DNA of 64,000 nucleotides. Source: a virus. The notes beneath the pieces were generated by a model, which was not told the DNA's origin, made no database searches, and saw only the letters and a list, made by a program, of their open reading frames with translations. Location: the IMG/VR virus record IMGVR_UViG_3300046787_000675, positions 96,706 to 160,705 of that record, one strand, 5' to 3'. The position numbers were made by a program, and so were the translations under genes. This document shows positions 18,156 through 28,445 of the stretch, one piece after another; the first letter of the stretch is position 1; every line of letters begins with the position of its first letter.

Positions 18156-18740
18156 TTACGGTTGTTCCCATGTTTGTGCCCAGCGGACGCCTACTTGGGC
18201 TCCGGCTAATATAGTCACTTCTTCTAATATACCTACAAGATCAGCAAATAATACAGAGGAGTACATTATATCGTTAGCCATATCATCCGGGTCTAGATAA
18301 CATAGAGCGGCACCGTATACCTTACTTACGCCGGCTGTAACTTCGTTACCGGAAATAGGAACAGCTGCGTTGTTATCGGAGATAGCTATAAAAGTCGCTT
18401 TATTGCTATTGTAGGTACTTTCATCGGACGAACTTAAAGAAGGTGTAGCCGCCAGAGGTACACGCATAAAACTCTTAGTGTTATCCGAGGCTGTTGTCTG
18501 GTAATAATCTACAGTTCTATCTACCAGGGGTGTCGTTTCATTTAACGGCGAGGAAGCATTACTATACGCGATGTACATGCCGTTTATGAATTTATTCCCT
18601 ACCATAGCCTGTGCGATTAAATCCATACCGGAGTTAACTATAAGGTTACGTTTTGTTAGTATTACCTTGTCGCCTTCTGCGGTGCGTACAAAAACTTCTA
18701 TATCGCCTCGCATTCCATTACTGTGTTTCTCTTTTATCAT
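18156..18740 (-). CDS. baseplate wedge/fibre-attachment protein
   Basis: KRNLIVNSGMDLIAQAM pattern common to myophage wedge proteins; synteny after gpJ/gpI-like genes. Confidence 0.6.
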   Translation of the reverse strand: MIKEKHSNGMRGDIEVFVRTAEGDKVILTKRNLIVNSGMDLIAQAMVGNKFINGMYIAYSNASSPLNETTPLVDRTVDYYQTTASDNTKSFMRVPLAATPSLSSSDESTYNSNKATFIAISDNNAAVPISGNEVTAGVSKVYGAALCYLDPDDMANDIMYSSVLFADLVGILEEVTILAGAQVGVRWAQTWEQP

Positions 18741-18752
18741 TTTATCGATCCT

Positions 18753-20285
18753 CTAAAAATTCCCTACGGGAGCTAATAATTCTGTTTTCGATCCTGCTTC
18801 CAATTCATCTACCTCTGCAATATAAAAGACATCTAAGGATTCGGATGAATTCCCTGTGTATATCTCCTCTAGTATCGGTAATTCCTTACTTAGAAATAAA
18901 GTAGTTCCGGCAGGAATTAATGATCGTATGTTTTTAAAAATCTGAGAAGATAAGCCGTCTTCAAAAATTTCGTTGTTTAGCTTTATAAATAAACTGTTAG
19001 TCTGTAAATACAAATCCCTAAGCTCTTCAAACGGATTTATGTTTTCCGGTATTTTTCCGTATTTTAATTTGAGCTGCTCGAAAAAAGTCATCCCGTTCTC
19101 GTCTCGGGTATTTAATCGTGTCATAAGATCTTCGACATCTTTAGGGTGACCGCCGACAGCAAACCTGTAATGGGTGTACGGTAAATTATCGATAAAGTCC
19201 GTAGCTTCTCCCTCGGGAATTATTTTTGTTATGTTGCCGTTTCTGTTTCGGACTATGAAGTTTAAACCGTCGCGCTCTAAACTATACCAACCTTTAGGTT
19301 TATATGTTTCTACCGGCATACGTTCGTTTAAGAAATGGATACCTCCGCCGTGTTGCAGATATATGTAGCCCTTATCGATTGTCAATCCTGCTAGAAAAGA
19401 AGATTCTAATACTTCGGTACCGTACCGAATATCAAATGCATCGAATATAAGTGTATAAGGATAAATTGTCTTACCTACAGCAGTTAAAACAGTAGTTTCT
19501 TTAGGAGCAATATATAAGTTATTATCTGTCTGGACACAAACGCTATCTCCTTCTTCGTAGATATCCTTGACTACGCCTTCCTCTGTTACAGGATCTACAC
19601 CAGTGAGTAAACAAAATAAGGAATGCAGCCGGGCAGTAGTTAAGCCGTTAACGCGGATGTCCCAGACTAAATTTATCACCTCTTTTACTTTCTCGTCGTT
19701 ATATCCGGATATCCCTATTATGCTTCCGAAAAAATTACAGATGTCGTTCTGATCTTCTAGCGTATTAAATCCCCATAGACTAAACGCGGTATAGGTTTGT
19801 GTTCCGTCGTTTATAATTATCTTTTTTATATCGGGGTTATCAATAGGGTTATTTTTAAATTTTAACCAGCCATTAGTTACAGTGTAATCTACATCGAGAG
19901 TTAGGACGCTGGAAGGTGAAGCTATTGAAATGGATAAATAAGGTGGGATGAAGTTACCTATCTTAAAGGACGGCGATAAAGGATAAACATCGTTGGTGTC
20001 GTATGTTATGCCTGCCTGGTTATAAGTTATATCTCCGCCGTATTTGTATTCATCTGTATCCATATCTTTTGTAGAGAAATTAAATAACCGCGTATTATGC
20101 AATTTATATACAGGTATATCTGTGCGGGAAAGATACTTCTTTAATACCTGCTCCAGATATATTGTTGTCTGGGCGCGAATAGCTACAGACGTTGTGTAAG
20201 CATCGATATACGACGTATTACTGTAAAAGGATGTCCAGAAAAACCCGAGTGCTTTTTTTAACTCTTTTATTGTATCTTGTATCAT
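18753..20285 (-). CDS. putative baseplate wedge subunit
   Basis: 510 aa immediately downstream of the baseplate J-like gene; C-terminal IRSLIPAGT resembles the gpI/gp7-type ending. Confidence 0.55.
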   Translation of the reverse strand: MIQDTIKELKKALGFFWTSFYSNTSYIDAYTTSVAIRAQTTIYLEQVLKKYLSRTDIPVYKLHNTRLFNFSTKDMDTDEYKYGGDITYNQAGITYDTNDVYPLSPSFKIGNFIPPYLSISIASPSSVLTLDVDYTVTNGWLKFKNNPIDNPDIKKIIINDGTQTYTAFSLWGFNTLEDQNDICNFFGSIIGISGYNDEKVKEVINLVWDIRVNGLTTARLHSLFCLLTGVDPVTEEGVVKDIYEEGDSVCVQTDNNLYIAPKETTVLTAVGKTIYPYTLIFDAFDIRYGTEVLESSFLAGLTIDKGYIYLQHGGGIHFLNERMPVETYKPKGWYSLERDGLNFIVRNRNGNITKIIPEGEATDFIDNLPYTHYRFAVGGHPKDVEDLMTRLNTRDENGMTFFEQLKLKYGKIPENINPFEELRDLYLQTNSLFIKLNNEIFEDGLSSQIFKNIRSLIPAGTTLFLSKELPILEEIYTGNSSESLDVFYIAEVDELEAGSKTELLAPVGNF

Positions 20286-20289
20286 TGAC

Positions 20290-21846
20290 TTATACTTCCT
20301 TTAGGGAAACATCTATAAGATCCAGGCTAGAAAAGAATTTAACATTTCCTGCCGTTACACCTTCGAATTCTACTGGTACCTCAATATTATTATTGTCGGA
20401 GGTGTGTCCAATAGTACCGTCCGGTAAATAAATTGTTCCGTGCATTCTTATAGGCATTTTAACATTTGCAGAAGGGAATAATTTTTTTATCGCATAAACT
20501 ACATCCGATGCGGGGAACGAAGATTTACCTGCTTTCTGTGTATTGACCGCAGCAGCTATTTCGGATTTTATAGAGGTTATATCCGGAGGAACAACACCGG
20601 AAAAATAATCTACAGAAACTCCTATTGATATTTCAATAGGTATAAAAGCTTTAATAAGTATATCGCCTATAGCTGTCTGTATCTCGTTATCTTCGATATA
20701 AGTCTGCAGTTCGTCTATGTTAGGCATATATAATATCTCTAGAATATAATCCTTAGTCGTATCTACAGTAGCTTCCGTGTTCTCGTCGAAAAAATAAACA
20801 GATAGAATCTGGTACCGGCTATACCGCGCTTCCTGTTCGTTTTTTATATATGGTCTGGTATTCGTACTGCTATATCCCAATACATGTTGGATGGGGGTAT
20901 CTATTATATTTGTTCCAGAACGTATGCTTTTTACAGCGTAGGCACCGGCATATAAAGACGAAGGAACGGTAACTGTCCATTGTGTACCTTCTACACGGGT
21001 AGCTGTCAAAGGAATCAATATCTTCTGTATAACTGGGTTAGTGCTTACATATGCATCGGATCGTCCTCCGCTCGATATACCTGTTACTGGATGTCTATCG
21101 CGGATTTGTACTTCATCGCCGAAACCAAATACTTGTACATCAAGAACATTATAAGGCGAATTAGTGAGCAGGGATCTGATATTGTCTTTACCCGTGGCGG
21201 ATTCAGCTGTGATTCCTAATTTTGCGCGGTCTATGAGGTCTTCTGTTGTTTCCGGTAAACTACCTCCGCTGAAGGTAGACGATGTCTCCATTTTCTTAAT
21301 ATATGTCGAAGATAGGTTATGTGTGCATACTTGTCCTGGAGACAACACAATATCTGTAGGTTGTTTGCTTATTACTTCGATCTGCATTACCCTGGTTGTG
21401 TTATTAACCTCTAATGCCTTGATATAAGACACCTGTGTAGTATCCTGTTCTGTAATCAAACCTAAAGCACCTATAAATGTAGTTGTCGGAGAAAATTGTA
21501 TACCTGCGCATGTTATAATTGTTCCCGCGGGTATAGCAACAGAAGAGGCTCCTGAAAAATAAACAGATATAAAACCTGTTGAGCGTGTACCTTCTTTACG
21601 AGTAACATTGAAATTTGAGAGAAGTAAATCTACAAGCTCTTCGTCTGGACTATCCGAATTTAATACCTGGAACAATGACATATTATTCTTCAATGTATCT
21701 ATTTCAGTATCTCTATTACTTAAATTAACAGCCCATGGTTTAATAATCTGCTCATGGAATACGCCTCCTATAGACCAATCATAGGTAGGGAAATATTCTT
21801 CTAATGTTCTCTTTAATTCTTCTTCATTTTCTTTTAGCGTAGCCAT
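20290..21846 (-). CDS. baseplate J-like protein (P2 gpJ / T4 gp6)
   Basis: FNVTRKEGTRSTGFI..F, IPAGT and FSGGSLPETTEDLIDR motifs. Confidence 0.85.
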   Translation of the reverse strand: MATLKENEEELKRTLEEYFPTYDWSIGGVFHEQIIKPWAVNLSNRDTEIDTLKNNMSLFQVLNSDSPDEELVDLLLSNFNVTRKEGTRSTGFISVYFSGASSVAIPAGTIITCAGIQFSPTTTFIGALGLITEQDTTQVSYIKALEVNNTTRVMQIEVISKQPTDIVLSPGQVCTHNLSSTYIKKMETSSTFSGGSLPETTEDLIDRAKLGITAESATGKDNIRSLLTNSPYNVLDVQVFGFGDEVQIRDRHPVTGISSGGRSDAYVSTNPVIQKILIPLTATRVEGTQWTVTVPSSLYAGAYAVKSIRSGTNIIDTPIQHVLGYSSTNTRPYIKNEQEARYSRYQILSVYFFDENTEATVDTTKDYILEILYMPNIDELQTYIEDNEIQTAIGDILIKAFIPIEISIGVSVDYFSGVVPPDITSIKSEIAAAVNTQKAGKSSFPASDVVYAIKKLFPSANVKMPIRMHGTIYLPDGTIGHTSDNNNIEVPVEFEGVTAGNVKFFSSLDLIDVSLKEV

Positions 21847-21849
21847 ATG

Positions 21850-22272
21850 TTAATCCTTCTGCACCTGCTGTAATGTTTTAGGCATAATTACTGTTAATTC
21901 ACTGCCCGCTGCTGTCTTTAATGTTATTTCTATACTTAAATAATCTACATCCTGTTTAGTGACTCGTAATGTATAATTGGCTATTTTCTCATCGTCAGGT
22001 GTAGATGTTGTGTAGCTCTCATCTAATTGTTGAAGTACATTATTACATGCTATTCTTAATGTTCCGTCCGCACCTGCGATATCCGCTACACTAATAACGT
22101 TTCTAACAGCGGGAATAGTGGTACCTCTACCAAAAGGATCTGTTTTTATATCTGTCAATAATAATATCATGAACCTTTGTACTAATTTAGCAACACCTGT
22201 TATAAATGTACCGTTCATATCTAAGTCCGGGGTACTATCTTTAATATTACCTAAAATGTTTATATCGTACAT
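21850..22272 (-). CDS. gp25/gpW-like baseplate sheath initiator
   Basis: GVAKLVQRFMILLLT..TDPF.RGT...PDDEKI pattern; directly upstream of the gpJ-like gene. Confidence 0.7.
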   Translation of the reverse strand: MYDINILGNIKDSTPDLDMNGTFITGVAKLVQRFMILLLTDIKTDPFGRGTTIPAVRNVISVADIAGADGTLRIACNNVLQQLDESYTTSTPDDEKIANYTLRVTKQDVDYLSIEITLKTAAGSELTVIMPKTLQQVQKD

Positions 22273-22667
22273 TATACTGTCTCTAAATTATTTATAAATT
22301 CTGTTCCGGTAACTATCCCTATATTACTCAATTGTGTACCTAACGGTCCTTCGACGATACCTATATTTCTCTTGTAATTAACGATATTTAACCGGCGTTT
22401 TAACCTACTGCCTTTTCTTAAATTTTCCTGCCTCTGTATCGATAACATAAAAGCAAATGCTTCCTGTATACCGGTAAATTGTCCTTCAGTAGTAGAATTA
22501 GTTGAACCCATATACCCTTGTAATTCTTTCAATATATCCGCTGTAAACTCTTCTGTTAAAGATTCAGGAAATATATCTGTCAGATAGGATGGGCTACCAT
22601 TCAATACGTTTTTATATTGTGTTTCGAAGTAGGTTATTAACTTACTGCAGGCTTCTTGTACCGTCAT
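22272..22667 (-). CDS. hypothetical protein
   Basis: 131-aa ORF overlapping the 3' end of the sigma gene. Confidence 0.6.
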   Translation of the reverse strand: MTVQEACSKLITYFETQYKNVLNGSPSYLTDIFPESLTEEFTADILKELQGYMGSTNSTTEGQFTGIQEAFAFMLSIQRQENLRKGSRLKRRLNIVNYKRNIGIVEGPLGTQLSNIGIVTGTEFINNLETV

Positions 22668-23367
22668 TAAATCCCTCCTCTAGCTTCTTGGTTATTGTAG
22701 ATATTCTGGAACTTACAGCCGGGGCACTTACCCCTAATTTTTTTGCGATAACGTGTTTAGGTAACATTTCTTTACCTCCGTAACCTGTAGTCCATTCTAG
22801 AACTTTTTTATTTGTATCGTCGAGATCGTGATACACATAATCCATCCATACCTGCTCCGGTGTTTTACCTGTGCCGGTAGTTATCTGTACTCCTTTGTCA
22901 TCGAATAGCTCAGGACTTTCTGCTACTTGTTTTGCTTTCTGTACGCGCTTAGGAGATATCTTAAAAACATCGGCAATAGTCTGGTCGGAAGGAACAACTC
23001 CATGTATATCTAAGTAATCTTTCTCGAACTCGTAAATCTTATGCCTATCAAGTCTAACCTGTTCCGGAATATGTATTGCGCTGGAGCGTTCGGCTTTATA
23101 ACGGTGTAATCCTTTTAAATTGTTATATATGTGTGTAGGCAGAGCTGTTCCTTTACTTGGGTCGTAACTATTCAATGAGTTTGCTGCAATAATGTAAGCT
23201 CTTATTTTTAAAGAAGGACTACCAAAGGAATTCAACGCGGTTTCTATTATAGGCGTTAATTTACGCAGAAGATTATTATAATTTTCTTTAGTTGGTTTAT
23301 TTTTCCACTGAGCATATTCATCCAGCGGTTTATTTTTTTGTTCAGTATATTCGTTTAGTTTAGGCAT
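22642..23367 (-). CDS. RNA polymerase sigma factor, sigma70 family (FliA/SigF-sized)
   Basis: Region 2 SYDPSKGTALPTHIY; IHIP; region 3 PSDQTIADVFKISPKRV; region 4 LDDTNKKVL...IAKKLGVSAPAVSSR HTH. Confidence 0.85.
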   Translation of the reverse strand: MPKLNEYTEQKNKPLDEYAQWKNKPTKENYNNLLRKLTPIIETALNSFGSPSLKIRAYIIAANSLNSYDPSKGTALPTHIYNNLKGLHRYKAERSSAIHIPEQVRLDRHKIYEFEKDYLDIHGVVPSDQTIADVFKISPKRVQKAKQVAESPELFDDKGVQITTGTGKTPEQVWMDYVYHDLDDTNKKVLEWTTGYGGKEMLPKHVIAKKLGVSAPAVSSRISTITKKLEEGFNDGTRSLQ

Positions 23368-24869
23368 TATAACAACTCTCCGTTAAGTTTTACACCTTTC
23401 CATAAAGTACTGTATATTGGGTGATTCTCAAAGGTAACATCATCATTCTTGTTATCTTGCTCGTTTCGTAACGCACTTATATCTATGCCTGTGGTTAATG
23501 AACCGTTTTGCTGGGTCATATCCGCAGTTATTACTACCTTTGTAGCCATACCATATAATGTGTCTCCTATAAATGATACTGACTCGGCATCAGTATTCTT
23601 AAACTTTATATTTGTACCCGGCATTATATCTGTTCTAAATGAAGTACTTATTTGTCCGGCGCGTTTTCGCAATTTAAGAAATGAGTACATTACTTTTGTA
23701 ACTTCTTGACCTACAGATGTTATATAATCCTCTATTGATTTACCACCTGTAGCTACATCTTTTTTGTTAACTGCTCCTTTATTATCTTTATCAACTTTTC
23801 CAGAACGTGAGCTATACATCACACTGGCGTGAGGGTATACCCATTCAGGTAAAGAACGGAAATGATAATATTTACCTTTTTCCCCTCTTAGATTTTCTCC
23901 GCCTTGACCTTCTAATGGGGGGAACGCGATGCGGATGCTATCAGTATTTACTGAAGGTGCTAAAGGAGCCCTGCAGATCACACCGTCAACCGGTTCCTTA
24001 GTTGCTCGCCCACTAGAATTCAACAACCATAGATTGTAATCGTTAGGAGTTAATTCAATAGCATGTTGTCTTCCTAATGCTAAAGTGTTGGCTATGTATA
24101 TGCCGTTATTATAGGGTACTAAACTTAGAAACATGTATTCTGCGACTTTCCTTAGTGCTTCCCAGTTATTGGTTACCGACCATGCCTCTCTGTATTTCCG
24201 GGCTATGGATGTAATCAAGGTATCTGACCCTATAGACAATTTACTGATGTCAGCACCTTCGTATAGTTTTATAAAATCAAGATATTTAATAATTGCAGGA
24301 TCGCCGGCAACAGACGCAGCATTAGACGCCGCCTCTTTTATAACCGCTGGGATAAAAGAACCGGAAATACCTTTTGAATCTAAAATAAACATAAAATCAG
24401 AATATGATTCTATATTGACATTTGCATTATCTGCTACTGTTCCTGTCTGGACAAATAGAGCGACTATATTTTCTCTAACACTTATGAAATCGTTATCTCC
24501 CACATATGCCATAGAAGTAGCTGGACTACCTGCAAGTCTTCGGAGTTTATGTTCTATTTGCACCTCTAACGATGTTATACTTTTAAAAGGTGTAGTGCTA
24601 TCAGCACCGGATATTCCTGTAATGAATCCGTCAAGAAGTAAATGGTCATCATCATTGACAACTAAATGCAGTTCGCACGCCCCTCCTTCTATCAGGTTTT
24701 TAATAGGCGTAATAGTTTTGAGGTCATCCAGAGACGTGCCTGTGGCCAACATAATATCTGCTCTCGGTAGCTCGTCTAATTCGTAGGTAACTTGTAGACG
24801 GGCAATAGGGAACTTCTCATTGTTCGTCAATAGATAGGCGTCACCTACATCTATGTACGTAATATCCAT
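23367..24869 (-). CDS. putative baseplate hub protein (gp27/gp44-like)
   Basis: 500 aa; LLLDGFITG and FRTDIMPG patterns; position downstream of tape measure. Confidence 0.55.
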   Translation of the reverse strand: MDITYIDVGDAYLLTNNEKFPIARLQVTYELDELPRADIMLATGTSLDDLKTITPIKNLIEGGACELHLVVNDDDHLLLDGFITGISGADSTTPFKSITSLEVQIEHKLRRLAGSPATSMAYVGDNDFISVRENIVALFVQTGTVADNANVNIESYSDFMFILDSKGISGSFIPAVIKEAASNAASVAGDPAIIKYLDFIKLYEGADISKLSIGSDTLITSIARKYREAWSVTNNWEALRKVAEYMFLSLVPYNNGIYIANTLALGRQHAIELTPNDYNLWLLNSSGRATKEPVDGVICRAPLAPSVNTDSIRIAFPPLEGQGGENLRGEKGKYYHFRSLPEWVYPHASVMYSSRSGKVDKDNKGAVNKKDVATGGKSIEDYITSVGQEVTKVMYSFLKLRKRAGQISTSFRTDIMPGTNIKFKNTDAESVSFIGDTLYGMATKVVITADMTQQNGSLTTGIDISALRNEQDNKNDDVTFENHPIYSTLWKGVKLNGELL

Positions 24870-25574
24870 TTATTTACATGTCTCCAGTATATCCATTATG
24901 TATGCTGCTAATTGATCTACCCAATTAGGTTCGTCTCTATAAATAGATTCTAGGTATTTATCTTTAAAGGTATATTCTGTTTTTTTAACATTATTAAATA
25001 TGGTCTCCCAATTAACGGTCATTGTATTTATTATTTCCATACCTATAGAGAAAGATGAAGGTATACCCGACCGCAACCTAAACCAGAGTTTATTATCTAC
25101 TATATATAATTTATTAGACTGTCCGTTTGTGAATGTTATGGCTTGTACTTCCGACGTTAAACCTTTGTTATCCGAATAAGGAGTATAGGTTAATGTATCT
25201 CCTCCTGTAACATCTGCAGATATTCTAAGACGAGATATATCGATACCCCCATCATTATAAAGCTGGATAGGGACAACACTATTGTATTTGAATCCCGGGG
25301 AAGGAAAAAGTAATGCTGACCTTGTGTAGCTCTGAACCTCTTCAAATGCCAATAGTCGATCTCTAAGAGCAGATCTAAGAACTAGTTTTATAGTCTCTTC
25401 AATATAAAAAGATCTATACATATCGTCTCTACCTACTTCTCTAGGGATAAGTGTATCTATTTGTTTTTTGCACGCTCCCTTATAAATAAACGGCGAAAAC
25501 CTCCGAGCATATCTCTCGTCTGTTATTTTCTCCCCTTTAGCTAATATACCCCACGCTCTATTAATTTCTGCCAT
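24870..25574 (-). CDS. hypothetical tail/baseplate protein
   Basis: 234-aa ORF coupled to neighbours. Confidence 0.6.
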   Translation of the reverse strand: MAEINRAWGILAKGEKITDERYARRFSPFIYKGACKKQIDTLIPREVGRDDMYRSFYIEETIKLVLRSALRDRLLAFEEVQSYTRSALLFPSPGFKYNSVVPIQLYNDGGIDISRLRISADVTGGDTLTYTPYSDNKGLTSEVQAITFTNGQSNKLYIVDNKLWFRLRSGIPSSFSIGMEIINTMTVNWETIFNNVKKTEYTFKDKYLESIYRDEPNWVDQLAAYIMDILETCK

Positions 25575-26016
25575 TGTTAAATTCCTGTATACGACCTATA
25601 AAATCTATTTTAAACGTATTACCTTCTACATTATCTTTACTATAATTACCTATATCCATGCTTGTTGCCCAACCAGATAAAACAATTTTGTTAAATGACA
25701 TTTGTATAGGTGTTCGTTTATTTGTTATTTTTATTGCGCGATAGAACGCCATAAAAGGAGGGATCTCGGAGTCACTATTTTCACATGCACTTGTTATATT
25801 TATACCTTCCAACGTAAATACCCCTAATCTATCGTTAAATACATTGATAAATGCGCGAGACCCTAAGCTATATAGTATTTGGAAGTTAGGAGACAGATTA
25901 CCTTTTATATCTGTTATCCATGTATTCGCCCCGTTCAGCTCGTTAATAACTAGTCGGACAGGGGAAGATGCACTAATCTCTCCTATCTCTGTCGAGGAAA
26001 AATAATCGTTCTTCAT
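25561..26016 (-). CDS. tail tube-like / tube initiator protein
   Basis: 151 aa, beta-rich, weak resemblance to tube 32083..32544; directly after tape measure. Confidence 0.5.
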   Translation of the reverse strand: MKNDYFSSTEIGEISASSPVRLVINELNGANTWITDIKGNLSPNFQILYSLGSRAFINVFNDRLGVFTLEGINITSACENSDSEIPPFMAFYRAIKITNKRTPIQMSFNKIVLSGWATSMDIGNYSKDNVEGNTFKIDFIGRIQEFNNGRN

Positions 26017-28445
26017 GGTCTATTCCCTAATTTATATTTCATTAAACTTAGTATTTCATCTAGGGCATCGGCCATTCTATTAGATGCCCCACCTCCGTTT
26101 TTTTCTCGCATATTTGCCTCTTTTTTCTGGAAGCCTTCGAACTCGTCCCGTGACATTTTTTCAGTCTTCCAAAACTCTGTAGCGGCTTCTTCTAAATCCA
26201 TTGTATTATTGCGGAGGTAATCTGCCCTGGCTTTAGCTACATTTCTTATCCTATTAGCTTTCTCTCTTTCTGCAGCATATTCAGGACCTTCTTTTTCATC
26301 GCCTTCAATAGATACGAAGTCTTGTATATCTGCTGTTCGTTCTAAACTAAGTATAGTTTTAGCTCTTTTTTCTAGATCGACATCTTCTACTTTAGTATCT
26401 TTAAATGATCCTTGCTTTAATTCATTTATAACTTTTTCTCTTTTTATACGTCCATACTCTTCCGGACTAACTTCTTCTAAGAAAGACTCGATGTTCTCTA
26501 ATCGTTTAGCCGGATCTTTTTCACGTATAATTTTATTTGCCTTTACAGCTTGCTCTTCTGTTAACTGTCCTGTTATAAGACCGGAATAGGCTCGATAAAG
26601 ACCTTCCTGTAACATTGCAGGGTCAGCACCGTCAAGGGTAGCAACCTGCTCTACGTCCGCAGCTAATGCAGACATATCTACATCGACATCCCCCAGAATA
26701 GTTTTTATAAAGCTCCCAACACTGTCAGTAGATTTAGGATCTGTTAAAGCTTTACTTAGTGCGCGTAACCCACCAATAGCTCCTTTACCACTTGTAATAT
26801 CACTTAAAGCTACACGGAACTCAGCTTGACCCATTAATCGAGATTTTTCTGCTGTTGCATTATAGGATTTTATTATTCTATCTGCGTCGCGTGTTCCTGT
26901 TCCAAGTCCCATTGCCTGCGCACTTTTATTATCATTTCCTATGAACTTCCCTATCGTTTCTTCTATTTCTATATTTGAATAATTTTTTTCTTGTAAGGCA
27001 GAACGTATTGAATCAACTGTTATAGCTCCTTCAATAGAATCTACAATAGAAGTGTCCTTACCTCTGTTTTGTAAAATATCTTTTAAATTTTGTCTCCTGG
27101 ATTTATCGAAACTATCGAGAGTAGCACCTAAGGCTATATCTGTAGCTGCGCCGGAAGATCTAAAACGCATAGCTGTATTTGTATTAGATAGATTTTGTAT
27201 AGTTGCTGTAGAGATATCTTCGTTTCCTGTTTTTGCTCTAAGTTCGCGAACTATCTCGTCGTTAGTTAAATTTACACCTCTACCATTAAGGGATTTAACA
27301 AATTCATTAGCCTCTTCGTCTGTTTTACCCGAAGCGATAAGATAAGCATATGCGCCGGATATGTTTCGAGCTAAGACACTTTGTTGTGCTTTTGTAACCT
27401 GTGTTGTTATTGCGTTACGTGTTGCTACTTCATTAGAGAATTTATCATCGCCGCCGGCAATCCGCATAGTTCCTAAAAGTAATGCTGTATCCTGCGCATT
27501 ACTAAATGCCCCGAACGAGTCTGTACCTATTTGATTAGATATTTGAGCAGACATATTAGATAAGGCGACTAACTGTCTATTTGTATGTCCTGTTGCGAAT
27601 CCGGTACCGGCTAATTTTCTTAATATGTCGGAAGACAAATCACCCATAGAAGATTGATAATTGGTGCCAGTTAATGCATTGGCTTGGTCTATAAGATCCA
27701 TGACATCGCCGTCAAAAAACTCTTGTAGTGATTTTATTGTTTTTGCCATTCCGCGAGTTGCCTGCTTTGCTTGTTCAATATCACCCGTGTATTGTCCTGT
27801 ACGGGATAGTTCTGCAGTTATTTGACCGACTTCTTTACCGGTGAAGCCTTCGTACTCTTCCATGTTAGTAAAGTAATCACTTACTATAGTTGACCCTATT
27901 GTCTTGGCTCGTTCATTTAAACGTGTTTGTAATATGGTCTCTTCTTCCCCTAAACCAATAGCAGGGGCTGCGCCGAGATATCTGGATGCTTCCTCTATAC
28001 CTTGCAATAGCTCCAGGGGCTTGTGTGTATTGAATTGCATCTTGCTAAGAAAATTAGTTATCCCGAAACCAGAAGAGGCACTTGCTGCCTCTTCAGGACT
28101 TAAACCGAATATATTCGTATGAATTCGTGCATTTTGAATCCGTAGCTGTTCATCCATAACAGACCTAGATCCAGACATTAAATTATCCATGAATGTTGTA
28201 TTCATAGAATGATAGGCGTGTATACCTGGGTTTATACCAAAATTTCTACCGTTAAGATAATAAGGTGCACCGGCCAAAGAGAAACCGCCCATTCCTTCTA
28301 CTCTCCCGCGTAATAGGTTTGTAGCTATCGGCTGTAATAAATTAGTTAGTTGCTGAGTTAATGCTGGATCGCCTACAACATTCGATAATACCTGTTGTAA
28401 TAACGGCCCTAGATTATCTACACTTGGTTGTTGGTATGACGACAT
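26013..28445 (-). CDS. tape measure protein
   Basis: 810-aa helical Ala/Gly/Gln-rich protein directly downstream of the frameshifting chaperone. Confidence 0.75.
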   Translation of the reverse strand: MSSYQQPSVDNLGPLLQQVLSNVVGDPALTQQLTNLLQPIATNLLRGRVEGMGGFSLAGAPYYLNGRNFGINPGIHAYHSMNTTFMDNLMSGSRSVMDEQLRIQNARIHTNIFGLSPEEAASASSGFGITNFLSKMQFNTHKPLELLQGIEEASRYLGAAPAIGLGEEETILQTRLNERAKTIGSTIVSDYFTNMEEYEGFTGKEVGQITAELSRTGQYTGDIEQAKQATRGMAKTIKSLQEFFDGDVMDLIDQANALTGTNYQSSMGDLSSDILRKLAGTGFATGHTNRQLVALSNMSAQISNQIGTDSFGAFSNAQDTALLLGTMRIAGGDDKFSNEVATRNAITTQVTKAQQSVLARNISGAYAYLIASGKTDEEANEFVKSLNGRGVNLTNDEIVRELRAKTGNEDISTATIQNLSNTNTAMRFRSSGAATDIALGATLDSFDKSRRQNLKDILQNRGKDTSIVDSIEGAITVDSIRSALQEKNYSNIEIEETIGKFIGNDNKSAQAMGLGTGTRDADRIIKSYNATAEKSRLMGQAEFRVALSDITSGKGAIGGLRALSKALTDPKSTDSVGSFIKTILGDVDVDMSALAADVEQVATLDGADPAMLQEGLYRAYSGLITGQLTEEQAVKANKIIREKDPAKRLENIESFLEEVSPEEYGRIKREKVINELKQGSFKDTKVEDVDLEKRAKTILSLERTADIQDFVSIEGDEKEGPEYAAEREKANRIRNVAKARADYLRNNTMDLEEAATEFWKTEKMSRDEFEGFQKKEANMREKNGGGASNRMADALDEILSLMKYKLGNRP

